The notes below the pieces were generated by a model that was given only the letters and a program-made list of their open reading frames with translations, did not search any database and was not told the origin of the DNA. DNA of 63,639 nt, the filler included, from Octopus bimaculoides (lineage: Eukaryota): the NCBI RefSeq assembly GCF_001194135.2. It is 7 parts of 5 records of this genome, joined end to end, with 100 filler letters (N's around TTAATTAATTAA, not from the genome) between each part and the next. Parts side by side here need not be neighbours in the genome. Positions count along the whole stretch, not along the records: positions 37,617 to 53,764 come from NC_068982.1; 6 more parts are not named here. One strand, written 5' to 3'. The position numbers and the translations under genes are program-made. How positions within the stretch are numbered: the first letter of the stretch is position 1; each line of letters opens with the position of its first letter. Positions 37,693-49,064 of the stretch are shown here, one piece after another.

Positions 37693-39178
37693 CATACATG
37701 CACACACACACATATATATATATACATATACATGTATATGCATATACTATGCACATGGATAGATCGAAAAGAATACACACACACACACACACACATACAC
37801 ACACACTTTCACATAGACGTATCCAAGCATACAAACACGCACACATGATAAAACTGGGTTAGACAAGAACCGAGAAAGGGGATTCCTGTTGCTAGGGTGC
37901 AGAATATTTTGGCTGAATCTTGAACATTTGCAAAACAACAATGCGTGCGCGCGTGCGCATGCGTGAGTGAGTGTGTGTGCGTGCACGCGAATGTAAAATA
38001 TGTATGTGTATATGTTGCTAGATGTTATGTTTCTGTGTGTGCATACGTGGTTATAGTTGTGTTCGTGTGTGACCGGATTTGTGTATGCGTACGTGTTGTA
38101 TATGTTTGTGCGTGTATGGGGGAGGGTTTCCTGCATGTGTGTGTGTGTGTGTGTTTATGCGTACATGTATTTTTGTGCGTGTGTGTATGCATATGTGTTG
38201 CATATGTGTGTGCAGCAGGTTGTATCCATGTGTATTACGGTCGGTTCTTTGTGTTTTTTTTTATATGTCTACCACAGGATGTGTTTGTTTAGAAGCGAGT
38301 TAACGGCCTCAGTAAAATGGCGGAGTACAAAATATGCAATGTATGGCTAAACGAAATGGAAACCCTGAGAGNNNNNNNNNNNNNNNNNNNNNNNNNNNNN
38401 NNNNNNNNNNNNNNNNNNNNNNNNNNNNNNNNNNNNNNNNNNNNNNNNNNNNNNNNNNNNNNNNNNNNNNNNNNNNNNNNNNNNNNNNNNNNNNNNNNNN
38501 NNNNNNNNNNNNNNNNNNNNNNNNNNNNNNNNNNNNNNNNNNNNNNNNNNNNNNNNNNNNNNNNNNNNNNNNNNNNNNNNNNNNNNNNNNNNNNNNNNNN
38601 NNNNNNNNNNNNNNNNNNNNNNNNNNNNNNNNNNNNNNNNNNNNNNNNNNNNNNNNNNNNNNNNNNNNNNNNNNNNNNNNNNNNNNNNNNNNNNNNNNNN
38701 NNNNNNNNNNNNNNNNNNNNNNNNNNNNNNNNNNNNNNNNNNNNNNNNNNNNNNNNNNNNNNNNNNNNNNNNNNNNNNNNNNNNNNNNNNNNNNNNNNNN
38801 NNNNNNNNNNNNNNNNNNNNNNNNNNNNNNNNNNNNNNNNNNNNNNNNNNNNNNNNNNNNNNNNNNNNNNNNNNNNNNNNNNNNNNNNNNNNNNNNNNNN
38901 NNNNNNNNNNNNNNNNNNNNNNNNNNNNNNNNNNNNNNNNNNNNNNNNNNNNNNNNNNNNNNNNNNNNNNNNNNNNNNNNNNNNNNNNNNNNNNNNNNNN
39001 NNNNNNNNNNNNNNNNNNNNNNNNNNNNNNNNNNNNNNNNNNNNNNNNNNNNNNNNNNNNNNNNNNNNNNNNNNNNNNNNNNNNNNNNNNNNNNNNNNNA
39101 TAGCGAGAAGAGAGTAAAAAGTGTTTATTGCAAAGATGTTCGAAGAGGTGAACTAAGTTCTTCATCTATCTATCTAAA

Positions 39179-39405
39179 GGCGGCGAGCTGGCAGAATCGT
39201 TAGGATGCCGGGCGAAATGCTGAGCGGTATTTCGTCTGCCGCTACGTTCTGAGTTCAAATTCCGGCGAGGTCGACTTTGCCTTTCATCCTTTCAAGGTCG
39301 ATTAAATAAGTACCAGTTACGCACTGGGGTCGATGTAATCGACTTAATCCGTTTGTCTGTCCTTGTTTGTCCCCTCTATGTTTAGCTTCTTATGGGCAAT
39401 AAAGA
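39179..39405 (+). mobile_element. Full family A (Nin/Deu-domain-like) SINE
   Basis: ggcggcgagctggcagaatcgttag..gagttcaaattcc..gcctttcatcctttcaaggtcgattaaataagtacc..tail gggcaataaagaa. Confidence 0.9.
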
Positions 39406-39484
39406 ATTCTATGTATCTATCTATCTATCTGTCTGTCTGTCTGCCTCTCTCTCTCTCCCTCTCTCTATCTATCTATCTATCTGG

Positions 39485-39960
39485 ATCACCAAAATACGAT
39501 TTTACAAAAGCAACATAAATAGCAGCTTCCTCTGTGGAACCGGATGTTGGAAAACAGTCAAAAATATTGAAAAGAAATTGGAGGTGTTTCAAAATAAATG
39601 TTTACGAAAAAGTTTGAAGGTCTACTGGCCGAATACGATCTCGAATAGCCAACTACACAGCAAGGCTAACGTGAAACCAGTTAGAGAAACTATTGAAGCG
39701 AGGAGAAGGAAACGGCTGGGTCGAGTATGTCGCTATCAACCGAACTCAATTGTCAGGATTGCTTAGCAATGGGTTCCACAAAGTAAAAGATGTGGCCGAC
39801 CAAAGGAAACTTGAAAGGGAACAATAACAGAAGATCTTAAAAGCTGAGGGTTAACAATGGAACAAACTGTCACGGATGCTTTCCGTGTTAGGTGGAACGA
39901 TCTTGCTGTCGCCTCAAGTGCCACAAGGCACAAGGAGAACCGAATGAATGAATGAATGTA
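39485..39960 (+). mobile_element. 3' end of an RTE-clade LINE with (TGAA)n tail
   Basis: KIRFYKSNINS..LEVFQNKCLRKSLKVYWPNTISN..RRRKRLGRV..GRPKET; tail gaatgaatgaatgaatg. Confidence 0.85.
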
Positions 39961-40201
39961 TGAACTGAGATCCCTGTTGACAGGTGTGCCTGATATTAAA
40001 TAAAGTGGCAACACCTACAGTATGCAAATTAATAGCCCCAGTTTTCTGTAAAAACTCGAATTGTTGATGAGAATCCAATAATATTCGAAAAACGATGAAG
40101 GCGGTTCATCGTTTTTCCAATCTACGGGGAATTAGCTAAATTGGCCTTGTTCATACGTCTACTATGTGTGTGTGTGTGTATGTGTGTGTGTGTGTGTGTA
40201 T

Positions 40202-40384
40202 AATCAAAATAAACAACAAGGATATCCAAAGTTAATGCAGTACGATCGTTTCATGCGACTCCATTTATTTAAGCAATGTGAACATTTTACATTTGATGTA
40301 ATGTCCACATTGCTTAAGTAAATGGAGTCGCATGAAACGATCGTACTGCATTAACTTTGGATATCCTTGTTGCTTATTTTGATT
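40202..40384. repeat. Near-perfect ~183-bp inverted repeat (fold-back)
   Basis: Arms 40202-40286 and 40300-40384 with 3 mismatches, all transitions. Confidence 0.92.
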
Positions 40385-40474
40385 TTAATCACCTTATTTT
40401 GAAATTGTATGGATAATACCATACTTAATTCTGGTGCCTAAACTTAAGTACCATATTCACCTTGAATCTAAATT

Positions 40475-40514
<40 letters not shown>

Positions 40515-41526
40515 GCGTGCGGACGGTATTTGAGGACACCTGCATTTTCAGTCATAATTTTATTGGACTAATTTTTATTGATTTTCTATTTCAGAAAATA
40601 ACAGTGATAAGCCCTATGCTTACGAATGAAGTGAAAAGGCATGGTGTGATTGTGGCTCTGAAAGGAGATTTGGCTGCTATTTCTACTGGATCGAGTAGCC
40701 ATGTGCAGCTGGCTTCCTTCATTGGATTGGCGATGAATTTGTTTAATTGTATCACTCTCACAGACACACACGCATGCGTAAATACATGTGCACGCACACA
40801 CGCACAAACATGCGCACGTAAGTATGCACACACATACATATACATACACAGACATACTCACACATACAAACATGCACAGATACACACACACACACACACA
40901 TACACACACACACACATACAGCCACATGCACGCACACATGTTCACACGCTCAGTCACACACGTGTACACAGGCGCGCGCGCGCACAATCGCATACACATG
41001 AGCAGACAGATACACACACACACGCACTGACGTAAACACACTCGCGCATGCGTGCTCAGTATCTACCATATTGAACAATGAAGTATCACATTGGTCCAAA
41101 ACCCACAAAATTGTAGAGAAAGGGGTTTAATACAAATGAGTAATTTATTATTTATTGACCCAGGAGGAATGAAAAGGCAAACGGCTGCATATGGAGGAGG
41201 ATGAAACGAAACACTGTAAAGCGTTTAACCTAGTTCTATGGCCGTATCTGTCAAACAATCGTCGAAAGTTTTTTTGGGGGGAAAATATAATGAATTTCTT
41301 TATTTACTCCGCACTCACGCGCACACTAATACGCACGGTGTGTGTACATACAGTATGTAATCATCCGTTCATATATCTTCATAAATGCAGGCACAAGATA
41401 TACACAAGCACACACATACATACACACGCACACATACACACACACATGTATGCACGTAGACGCACGCACGCACGCATATGTATATATAAATGTATATGAG
41501 TATATCTATGTATATGTATGTATATA

Positions 41527-41570
<44 letters not shown>

Positions 41571-42419
41571 NNNNNNNNNNNNNNNNNNNNNNNNNNNNNN
41601 NNNNNNNNNNNNNNNNNNNNNNNNNNNNNNNNNNNNNNNNNNNNNNNNNNNNNNNNNNNNNNNNNNNNNNNNNNNNNNNNNNNNNNNNNNNNNNNNNNNN
41701 NNNNNNNNNNNNNNNNNNNNNNNNNNNNNNNNNNNNNNNNNNNNNNNNNNNNNNNNNNNNNNNNNNNNNNNNNNNNNNNNNNNNNNNNNNNNNNNNNNNN
41801 NNNNNNNNNNNNNNNNNNNNNNNNNNNNNNNNNNNNNNNNNNNNNNNNNNNNNNNNNNNNNNNNNNNNNNNNNNNNNNNNNNNNNNNNNNNNNNNNNNNN
41901 NNNNNNNNNNNNNNNNNNNNNNNNNNNNNNNNNNNNNNNNNNNNNNNNNNNNNNNNNNNNNNNNNNNNNNNNNNNNNNNNNNNNNNNNNNNNNNNNNNNN
42001 NNNNNNNNNNNNNNNNNNNNNNNNNNNNNNNNNNNNNNNNNNNNNNNNNNNNNNNNNNNNNNNNNNNNNNNNNNNNNNNNNNNNNNNNNNNNNNNNNNNN
42101 NNNNNNNNNNNNNNNNNNNNNNNNNNNNNNNATATATATATATATATTCTTTGGTGGCCTATGGTTACCTGAGATTGTTAGCAACCTCTGGTCGCTCGGA
42201 TTTCACAGACAACAGGTGAACCCATGCAGTTGCCGAGTGGTAGCCAAGAGATCGTAAAAGGTGACTTGAAAGGCCCCCACAACGATGAGAAGACGGTCTA
42301 GTTGAGCAGTTTGGGTCAAGATGGAAATGAATAATGCAATCAAGACAAAATTAGAAGCGCATTGTGACCAGCGGTGTATAACAACATCTGATGGTCTGGT
42401 CGATACTGATATATAGTCA

Positions 42420-42990
42420 ATTCAAACATGAACAAGCAAGAAAAAACACGAAAAAACAACAAACAGATGTATTAGTTTAACACTCGAGAAGTGAGGAAGT
42501 TTTTTNNNNNNNNNNGATGTATTAGTTTAACACTCGAGAAGTGAGGAAGTTTTTTTATGTTTCGAGCCTACGCTCTTCAACAGAAAGGGACACAGAAATA
42601 AACAGAGAGAGAGAAAATAGAAAAGGTTTAGTGACTAGAGAGAAATAAGGAGGAAGAAGGGAGAAGCAAAGAGTAAGGGGAAGAAACGGAGAAGAGAAGA
42701 CAAAAGGGAAAAAGAAAGGGAGGGAGAGAGAGGTAAGGTAACAAGTGTGGATTGAGAGAAACAACAATAGGAAAAAGCAGAAAGTACAAAAAAGTTTAGT
42801 AAAGTTCAAAAGGGTCAAACATCGTGGTTTATTGAAGCGATTTCTCATCAAAGGAAGAGTCCAGTGTAATCCATGGGTAAGGGAGGTGCAGCCGAAGTGT
42901 AGGAGTCCGAGTGCAGGAGAGTAGAAGAAAGTCTAGGTAGAGAATCCAGGTAGAATAGTCCAAGAAAAGTTCGAAGTGTTATGAGGTGGA
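42420..42990 (-). mobile_element. Probable Penelope-like 3' end / pseudo-LTR with HHR-like motif
   Basis: T-rich 3' UTR-like sequence on minus strand and ctttCTGTTGAAGAGCgtagGCTCGAAAC motif at 42550-42587. Confidence 0.45.
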
Positions 42991-43696
42991 GATACCACCC
43001 GCCCAAAAAAGCCTGCAATTGTCGGAACCGCAACTTATGTCCATTAGGGGTTCCTGTATAAAGAAAAACGTGGTATACAAGACCGAGGTTATAACTGCCA
43101 GTCAACCTAAGAAAGTATTCATAGGAAGTAACATGGATTTCAAAATAAGATATAGAGGACACATCAGTTCATTCTCGAACCCGAGAACAAAAAAAAAAAA
43201 CGCAACAGCGCTGCCTATATATATTAACAAACTAAAAATGCGAGATAAGGAATTTAGATTAGACTGGTCGATCATAACGGAAACCACCCCACATAAAACT
43301 ATACTGGAAGGTGTAAGTTATGTACGAAGGAAGCAATTAATATATTTCGTACGCATAAGAACATTATAATTAATAAAATATCGGACGTTATAATTGCATG
43401 TAGGCATAAGTATTTAGCTACATTTAAGTTTTTACAAATTAGAAAGGGTAGAATCCGATCTTATGAACATTGACTTACCTTAATAAAATAATAATTTCTT
43501 CCACTTTGGTTAGCGTCTTAATAATCCACGGGCTTAGCGTCGCATTCGAGCCTGTTAGCCTTCTATATATAAGTTGTAAATTAACGATCATTGTAAATTG
43601 TAAATGACAAACATCAGTGAATTTTTAGACCGTTCCCACTAACATTCTGCATATATGGATTCACCCCACTTTAATTATTTATTATCCTTAATTATC
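42990..43696 (+). mobile_element. Penelope-like element 3' end (GIY-YIG endonuclease, frameshifted) and 3' UTR
   Basis: ACNCRNRNLCPLGGSCIKKNVVYKTEV..KVFIGS..FKIRYRGHISSF..NATAL..YINKLK..LDWSII; later CRHK. Confidence 0.85.
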
Positions 43697-44080
43697 GTGG
43701 ATGCGCAATGGCCCAGTGGTTAGGGTAGCGGACTCGCGGTCGTAGGATCGCGGTTTCGATTCTCAGACCGGGCGTTGTGAGTGTTTAGTGAGCGAAAGCA
43801 CCTAAAGCTCCGCAAGGTTCCGGCAGGGGTTGGTGGCGACCCCTGCTGTACTCTTTCACCACATCTTTCTCTCACTCTTACTTCCTGTTTCTGTTGTACC
43901 TGTATTTCAAAGGGCCAGCCTTGTCACACTCTGTGTCACGCTGAGCCTTCCCCCGAGAACTACGTTATGGGTACATGTGTCTGTGGAGTGCTCAGCCACT
44001 TGCACGTAAATTTCACGAGCACGCTGTTCCATTGATCGGATCAACTGGAACGCTCGTCGTCGCAACCGACGGTGTACCAC
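43697..44080 (+). mobile_element. Full-length SINE family C
   Basis: A-box tggcccagtgg, B-box ggtttcgattct; tail ..gtcgtcgcaaccgacggtgtaccac; similar ctt(t)aa.tatc flanks. Confidence 0.9.
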
Positions 44081-44113
44081 GATCTTTAACTATCAGCAAC
44101 CCAACTGTCTTAA

Positions 44114-44288
44114 CCCATTAAGTCCCAGAGTACTTAAATTTCTGAATATTACTTTAAAATTTTTACAGATGATTGAAAATAGGTTAAAATGAACAAATTA
44201 ATTATTAAAACTAGGACACTGAGACAATATGATATAGCTTATTTAATGTTCTCAGTGTCCTATTTATAGGACAGTGGGACTTGATGGG
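44114..44288. mobile_element. piggyBac-like MITE
   Basis: TTAA|CCCATTAAGTCCCA ... TGGGACTTGATGGG|TTAA. Confidence 0.8.
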
Positions 44289-44549
44289 TTAACTCGAAAT
44301 TTGAGTCATCATTTTATTTTATCTTATTTTATTTTACAAATATTTCTTATTTCATTTTCATTTGCACCAATGTTTTACTTCACGACTTTTTCCACTTCAC
44401 AAAACCTTTCTATATCCTTGCGAACTTTAAAAAAATACTATAACATTAAAAAAATATATATAACATTACTTGATATGATTTCAAGTTCTGTAAGTAGGAG
44501 ATATTTTAAGCTCCTTCAATTTTAAAACTATTTTAATCGATTTATTTGT

Positions 44550-44633
44550 ACCTCTGTTGAGAGAAATGCGATTATTTGTATCGGCTGGAAAACTCGCCCA
44601 ATACAAACGCAATTCTCGAAACGGTCGTAAGGT
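44550..44633 (+). ncRNA. Hammerhead-like motif with variant core CUGUUGA
   Basis: acct CUGUUGA gagaaaugcg..cgcaauucuc GAAA CGGUCGU A aggu. Confidence 0.6.
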
Positions 44634-44832
44634 TTTGTAATACTGTTTTTCTTTGGATTGTAATAGTGGAGCGTTTGAAACCTAACAACTCGATGAATTT
44701 TTTTCTGTATTTTGTATTCCCATGGTAAAGTAACTTGACTTACGAAGATCTGTTATCCACTTTGATTTTTGTTATATTTTGCTCATATTGAGTACTAATT
44801 AGGTGCGCTGCAATAAAGGTTTTCCTTTTTTC

Positions 44833-44900
<68 letters not shown>

Positions 44901-45997
44901 NNNNNNNNNNNNNNNNNNNNNNNNNNNNNNNNNNNNNNNNNNNNNNNNNNNNNNNNNNNNNNNNNNNNNNNNNNNNNNNNNNNNNNNNNNNNNNNNNNNN
45001 NNNNNNNNNNNNNNNNNNNNNNNNNNNNNNNNNNNNNNNNNNNNNNNNNNNNNNNNNNNNNNNNNNNNNNNNNNNNNNNNNNNNNNNNNNNNNNNNNNNN
45101 NNNNNNNNNNNNNNNNNNNNNNNNNNNNNNNNNNNNNNNNNNNNNNNNNNNNNNNNNNNNNNNNNNNNNNNNNNNNNNNNNNNNNNNNNNNNNNNNNNNN
45201 NNNNNNNNNNNNNNNNNNNNNNNNNNNNNNNNNNNNNNNNNNNNNNNNNNNNNNNNNNNNNNNNNNNNNNNNNNNNNNNNNNNNNNNNNNNNNNNNNNNN
45301 NNNNNNNNNNNNNNNNNNNNNNNNNNNNNNNNNNNNNNNNNNNNNNNNNNNNNNNNNNNNNNNNNNNNNNNNNNNNNNNNNNNNNNNNNNNNNNNNNNNN
45401 NNNNNNNNNNNNNNNNNNNNNNNNNNNNNNNNNNNNNNNNNNNNNNNNNNNNNNNNNNNNNNNNNNNNNNNNNNNNNNNNNNNNNNNNNNNNNNNNNNNN
45501 NNNNNNNNNNNNNNNNNNNNNNNNNNNNNNNNNNNNNNNNNNNNNNNNNNNNNNNNNNNNNNNNNNNNNNNNNNNNNNNNNNNNNNNNNNNNNNNNNNNN
45601 NNNNNNNNNNNNNNNNNNNNNNNNNNNNNNNNNNNNNNNNNNNNNNNNNNNNNNNNNNNNNNNNNNNNNNNNNNNNNNNNNNNNNNNNNNNNNNNNNNNN
45701 NNNTATATTAGAATTGGAAATTTTAAGAATTTTCTAGACAGTGTAGACTTTAATAGTTGCTTTCTTTTAGTAAAAGTTACATACTCCAAACTAATAACTA
45801 AGCAACTTTCTTTATTATACCATAGATATAGATGTACTCGAACTTAACGATGCGTTCTTAAATTCCAGTGGCAGATATACGCACATAGGCACACTCTCAC
45901 ATACGTATACGACACATATACGCACACACTTACACACACACATCAACTCAATATGCACACATTCACGTATATAGAGGGAAATAGATAGACACAGGTA

Positions 45998-46057
<60 letters not shown>

Positions 46058-46730
46058 AGTGTGTATGCGTGTATATATATATATACATACACATACATAC
46101 ATAAGTACACAGACGCACTCATACACACACAAATGTACACACATGCATATATGTGTGTGTATATATTACACGTTACGTAATATAAGTTAGTATACAGATC
46201 TGTGTACTCACATGTGTGCATGTGTGTATGAGCATATATTGTGTTTATGTTTATTGTGTCGTTATACGGATGCTAATGGATGAGGTTGCGTGTAATGCGT
46301 ATAGAGAAGTGTGTACATGCATATAGATATGTTGATGGAGGTGTAAATTGTAGTTATGCTTGAAAAAAAAACTCGTTCTTCCAGAATGCTAGAATATAAA
46401 TAAAGCGCTTAATTGGCTTCAACTGTGAGAGTTTAGCGATTGTGATAGTTTAATCTTATCTAATGATTACTCTAAGGATACCTTAAGGATACCCTGAGGA
46501 TATAAAACTCGAAGTAACCTACTGCTGTAAGCAGAACTATAAGTAACATATTAAAACAGTTGCTCTAACCTCGTATCAAGTTCTCTCTTTCTAATATTCA
46601 CTGTGTAGACAGACACACGATTCACTCTCTCACTTTCCCTTTCTCTCTCTCTCCCTCTCTACCAATCTATATTTGTCTACGCACACACACACACACACGC
46701 ATACATACACACACATACACACATATATTA

Positions 46731-46998
46731 CAATAATTCCTCGCCATATCGCGGTTCACCAATCGCGGTTCACCTATCGCTGTTCACTTATCGCAGTTCA
46801 TCTTTCGCGGTTTATTATTTAAGCGTACGTCGATTCCTCCGTGGTGTTGTTTTGCATTTGTCATAAAATATATATATACAAACTATAAAGATTATAAAAG
46901 AAAAAAATATACAGTACAGTACTGTTTCTATTTCGGGGATTTTCACCAATCGCGGGCGGTTTTGGAACGTAACACTCGCGAAGGTCAAGGGATTACTG
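46731..46998. mobile_element. Tigger/pogo-like MITE with internal ~13-bp tandem repeats (atcgcggttcacc)
   Basis: TA|caataattcctcgcc ... aagggattactg|TA; inverted homologue of 33209-33434. Confidence 0.75.
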
Positions 46999-47800
46999 TA
47001 TTCTTAAACAAGAATATTATTGATAGTGACTTCGAAATTTCAGCCAGTTAAGCCATCGTTGGGCTGTCGACGATGGCTTAACTGGTCGAAACTGTCAATA
47101 ATATTTATATTTAAGAATAACGAATTTGTACTCTACAAAAGTATGGAGTAACCCATTAGATTAATGTGAAATTGTTTTTATTATAATTGAACATGAAAAG
47201 CAAACACGCGCGCGCACACGCACACACGTACACACACATATACACACACATGTATGTATATATAATTATTAAGTTTGAAAACGGAGAGATCCAATGGATA
47301 CAAATTAATTTATTAACATCTTCACCTATAATTGTTTCATTTCTCATCCAAATAAAAACTACAAAACATGTATGAATATATAAGCTTGCATTTCAAAATA
47401 TCTTGGGGTATGAATCATCAGGGTATGAAAAAGGACAATACAAGGATTACATTATGATCTGCTGGAATACTCCAATATACTCAGAATGTATACTGATGTG
47501 TGGAGGGTAAAAAACAGGGTAATCCCTTAACGGACCGTTTCATGACCTATAGATCACTCCCTAGGGAAGACATACCCAAACTCCTTAGTCTATTAATATA
47601 TATATATATATATANNNNNNNNNNNNNNNNNNNNNNNNNNNNNNNNNNNNNNNNNNNNNNNNNNNNNNNNNNNNNNNNNNNNNNNNNNNNNNNNNNNNNN
47701 NNNNNNNNNNNNNNNNNNNNNNNNNNNNNNNNNNNNNNNNNNNNNNNNNNNNNNNNNNNNNNNNNNNNNNTTAAAATGTCTTACGTTTAAGCTGGTTCCC

Positions 47801-47899
47801 ATGCATTTCCCTGAAGAGAAGATTACATTTTTAACATCACCGATTCCTATGGAAGGTATAATTTGTAATCTTCGAAACATATGTTGGAAATAAAAGTAT
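47801..47899 (+). ncRNA. Type I hammerhead ribozyme with intact core
   Basis: Stem I atttcc/ggaaat (+atgc/gtat after 4-nt bulge); CUGAAGA; 10-bp perfect stem II GAAGAUUACA/UGUAAUCUUC; GAAA; palindromic stem III ACAUAUGU; GUU cleavage triplet (cut after 47885). Confidence 0.85.
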
Positions 47900-48212
47900 G
47901 CAGTTAACATATGCGTTTTACTCCATTCACTAAATTTATATATACTCAAGTACCCTAAATAACATGGAGTTACACCACAGTCATTTTGTGATCTTTGCTA
48001 CCCTGGTATCTATTAACCAATTTATTTTGTCCGAGTTATTTATTAATTAGGAGAAAATAAGTACATATAATAATATATATATATATATAAACTTTTACAG
48101 GGCAAGGTTGACGGTGAATTCGAAGTTTCGGCTTGTTTGCATTAATCAGACTGTTCGCGTGTGTGCGCGCGCGTCTGTGTGTGTATGTGCGCTCGCGTAT
48201 GTATCAAAGATG

Positions 48213-48510
48213 TGCTTATTTTTTAAAGCCTGGTACTTACCTCATCGGTCTCTTTTGCCGAACCGCTAAGTTACGGGGGACGTTAACACACCAACACTGA
48301 TTGTCAAGCAGTGGTAGGAAACAAAACACAAATACAAAGAAACACACACGCACGCACGCACACACACACACACACACACACGGTGCACTTCTTTCAGTTT
48401 CCAAATCTACTCACAAGGCTTTGGTCATGCCCAAGGTACTGCGCTTTGAGACTGAACTCAGAACCATGTGGTTGAGAAGTAAACTTCTTATCACACAGCC
48501 AAGACTGCGC
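48213..48510 (-). mobile_element. SINE family B (internally shortened)
   Basis: ggtctcttttgccgaaccgctaagttacgggg..ctcacaaggctttggtc..actgaactcagaaccatgtgg. Confidence 0.8.
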
Positions 48511-49064
48511 CTAATTATCAATGATTCATTTAAAATTAGTGTTTTTTCTTTTAACCACCAAACACCCGTGATGAACAAGGGCTGATGTACTTATATCGAC
48601 AAGGAAATATGTAGAGAATGAAGTCCCCATATTCCAGTAAATGAAAACTAGAACAAGTGTACTCTTTGTAAAGAATTAAAATGATAGACTTCTATGAGAC
48701 ATACTTGTTAATATGTAAGAGATATTGCTGTGAAAGATAAGATATCTGAGTTTTGTACACTGATTGCTGTGGATTGTACAGCCTTTGTAATTCATCCGAT
48801 AAAAAGTTATCTCGTCAAAGAATAGAAAACTACAGGCTGCCACATAATATATTATGATTCAGCGAGACAATCCTTATCCACCTGCTGGAAATAGATCACA
48901 TTGGGTAGAGTCAATGTTTGAAAATAAGACGAGTAGAATGTTTCTGTTGATAGTTCTGTCTCATGACAGGTCTGCCCTGCGGCTAAACAACAGTTACAAC
49001 AGAAACAATTTATTTGAAACAGACAGTATGGCGGCTATATGCTATGGCAGATTTAGCAAAAATA

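Noticed and set aside
40087-40117. 13-bp hairpin gaaaaacgatgaa-ggcgg-ttcatcgtttttc resembling an intrinsic terminator
   Set aside because: Eukaryotic context; no supporting feature
42465-42555. Exact duplication gatgtattagtttaacactcgagaagtgaggaagttttt on either side of a 10-N gap
   Set aside because: Unmerged contig overlap artefact
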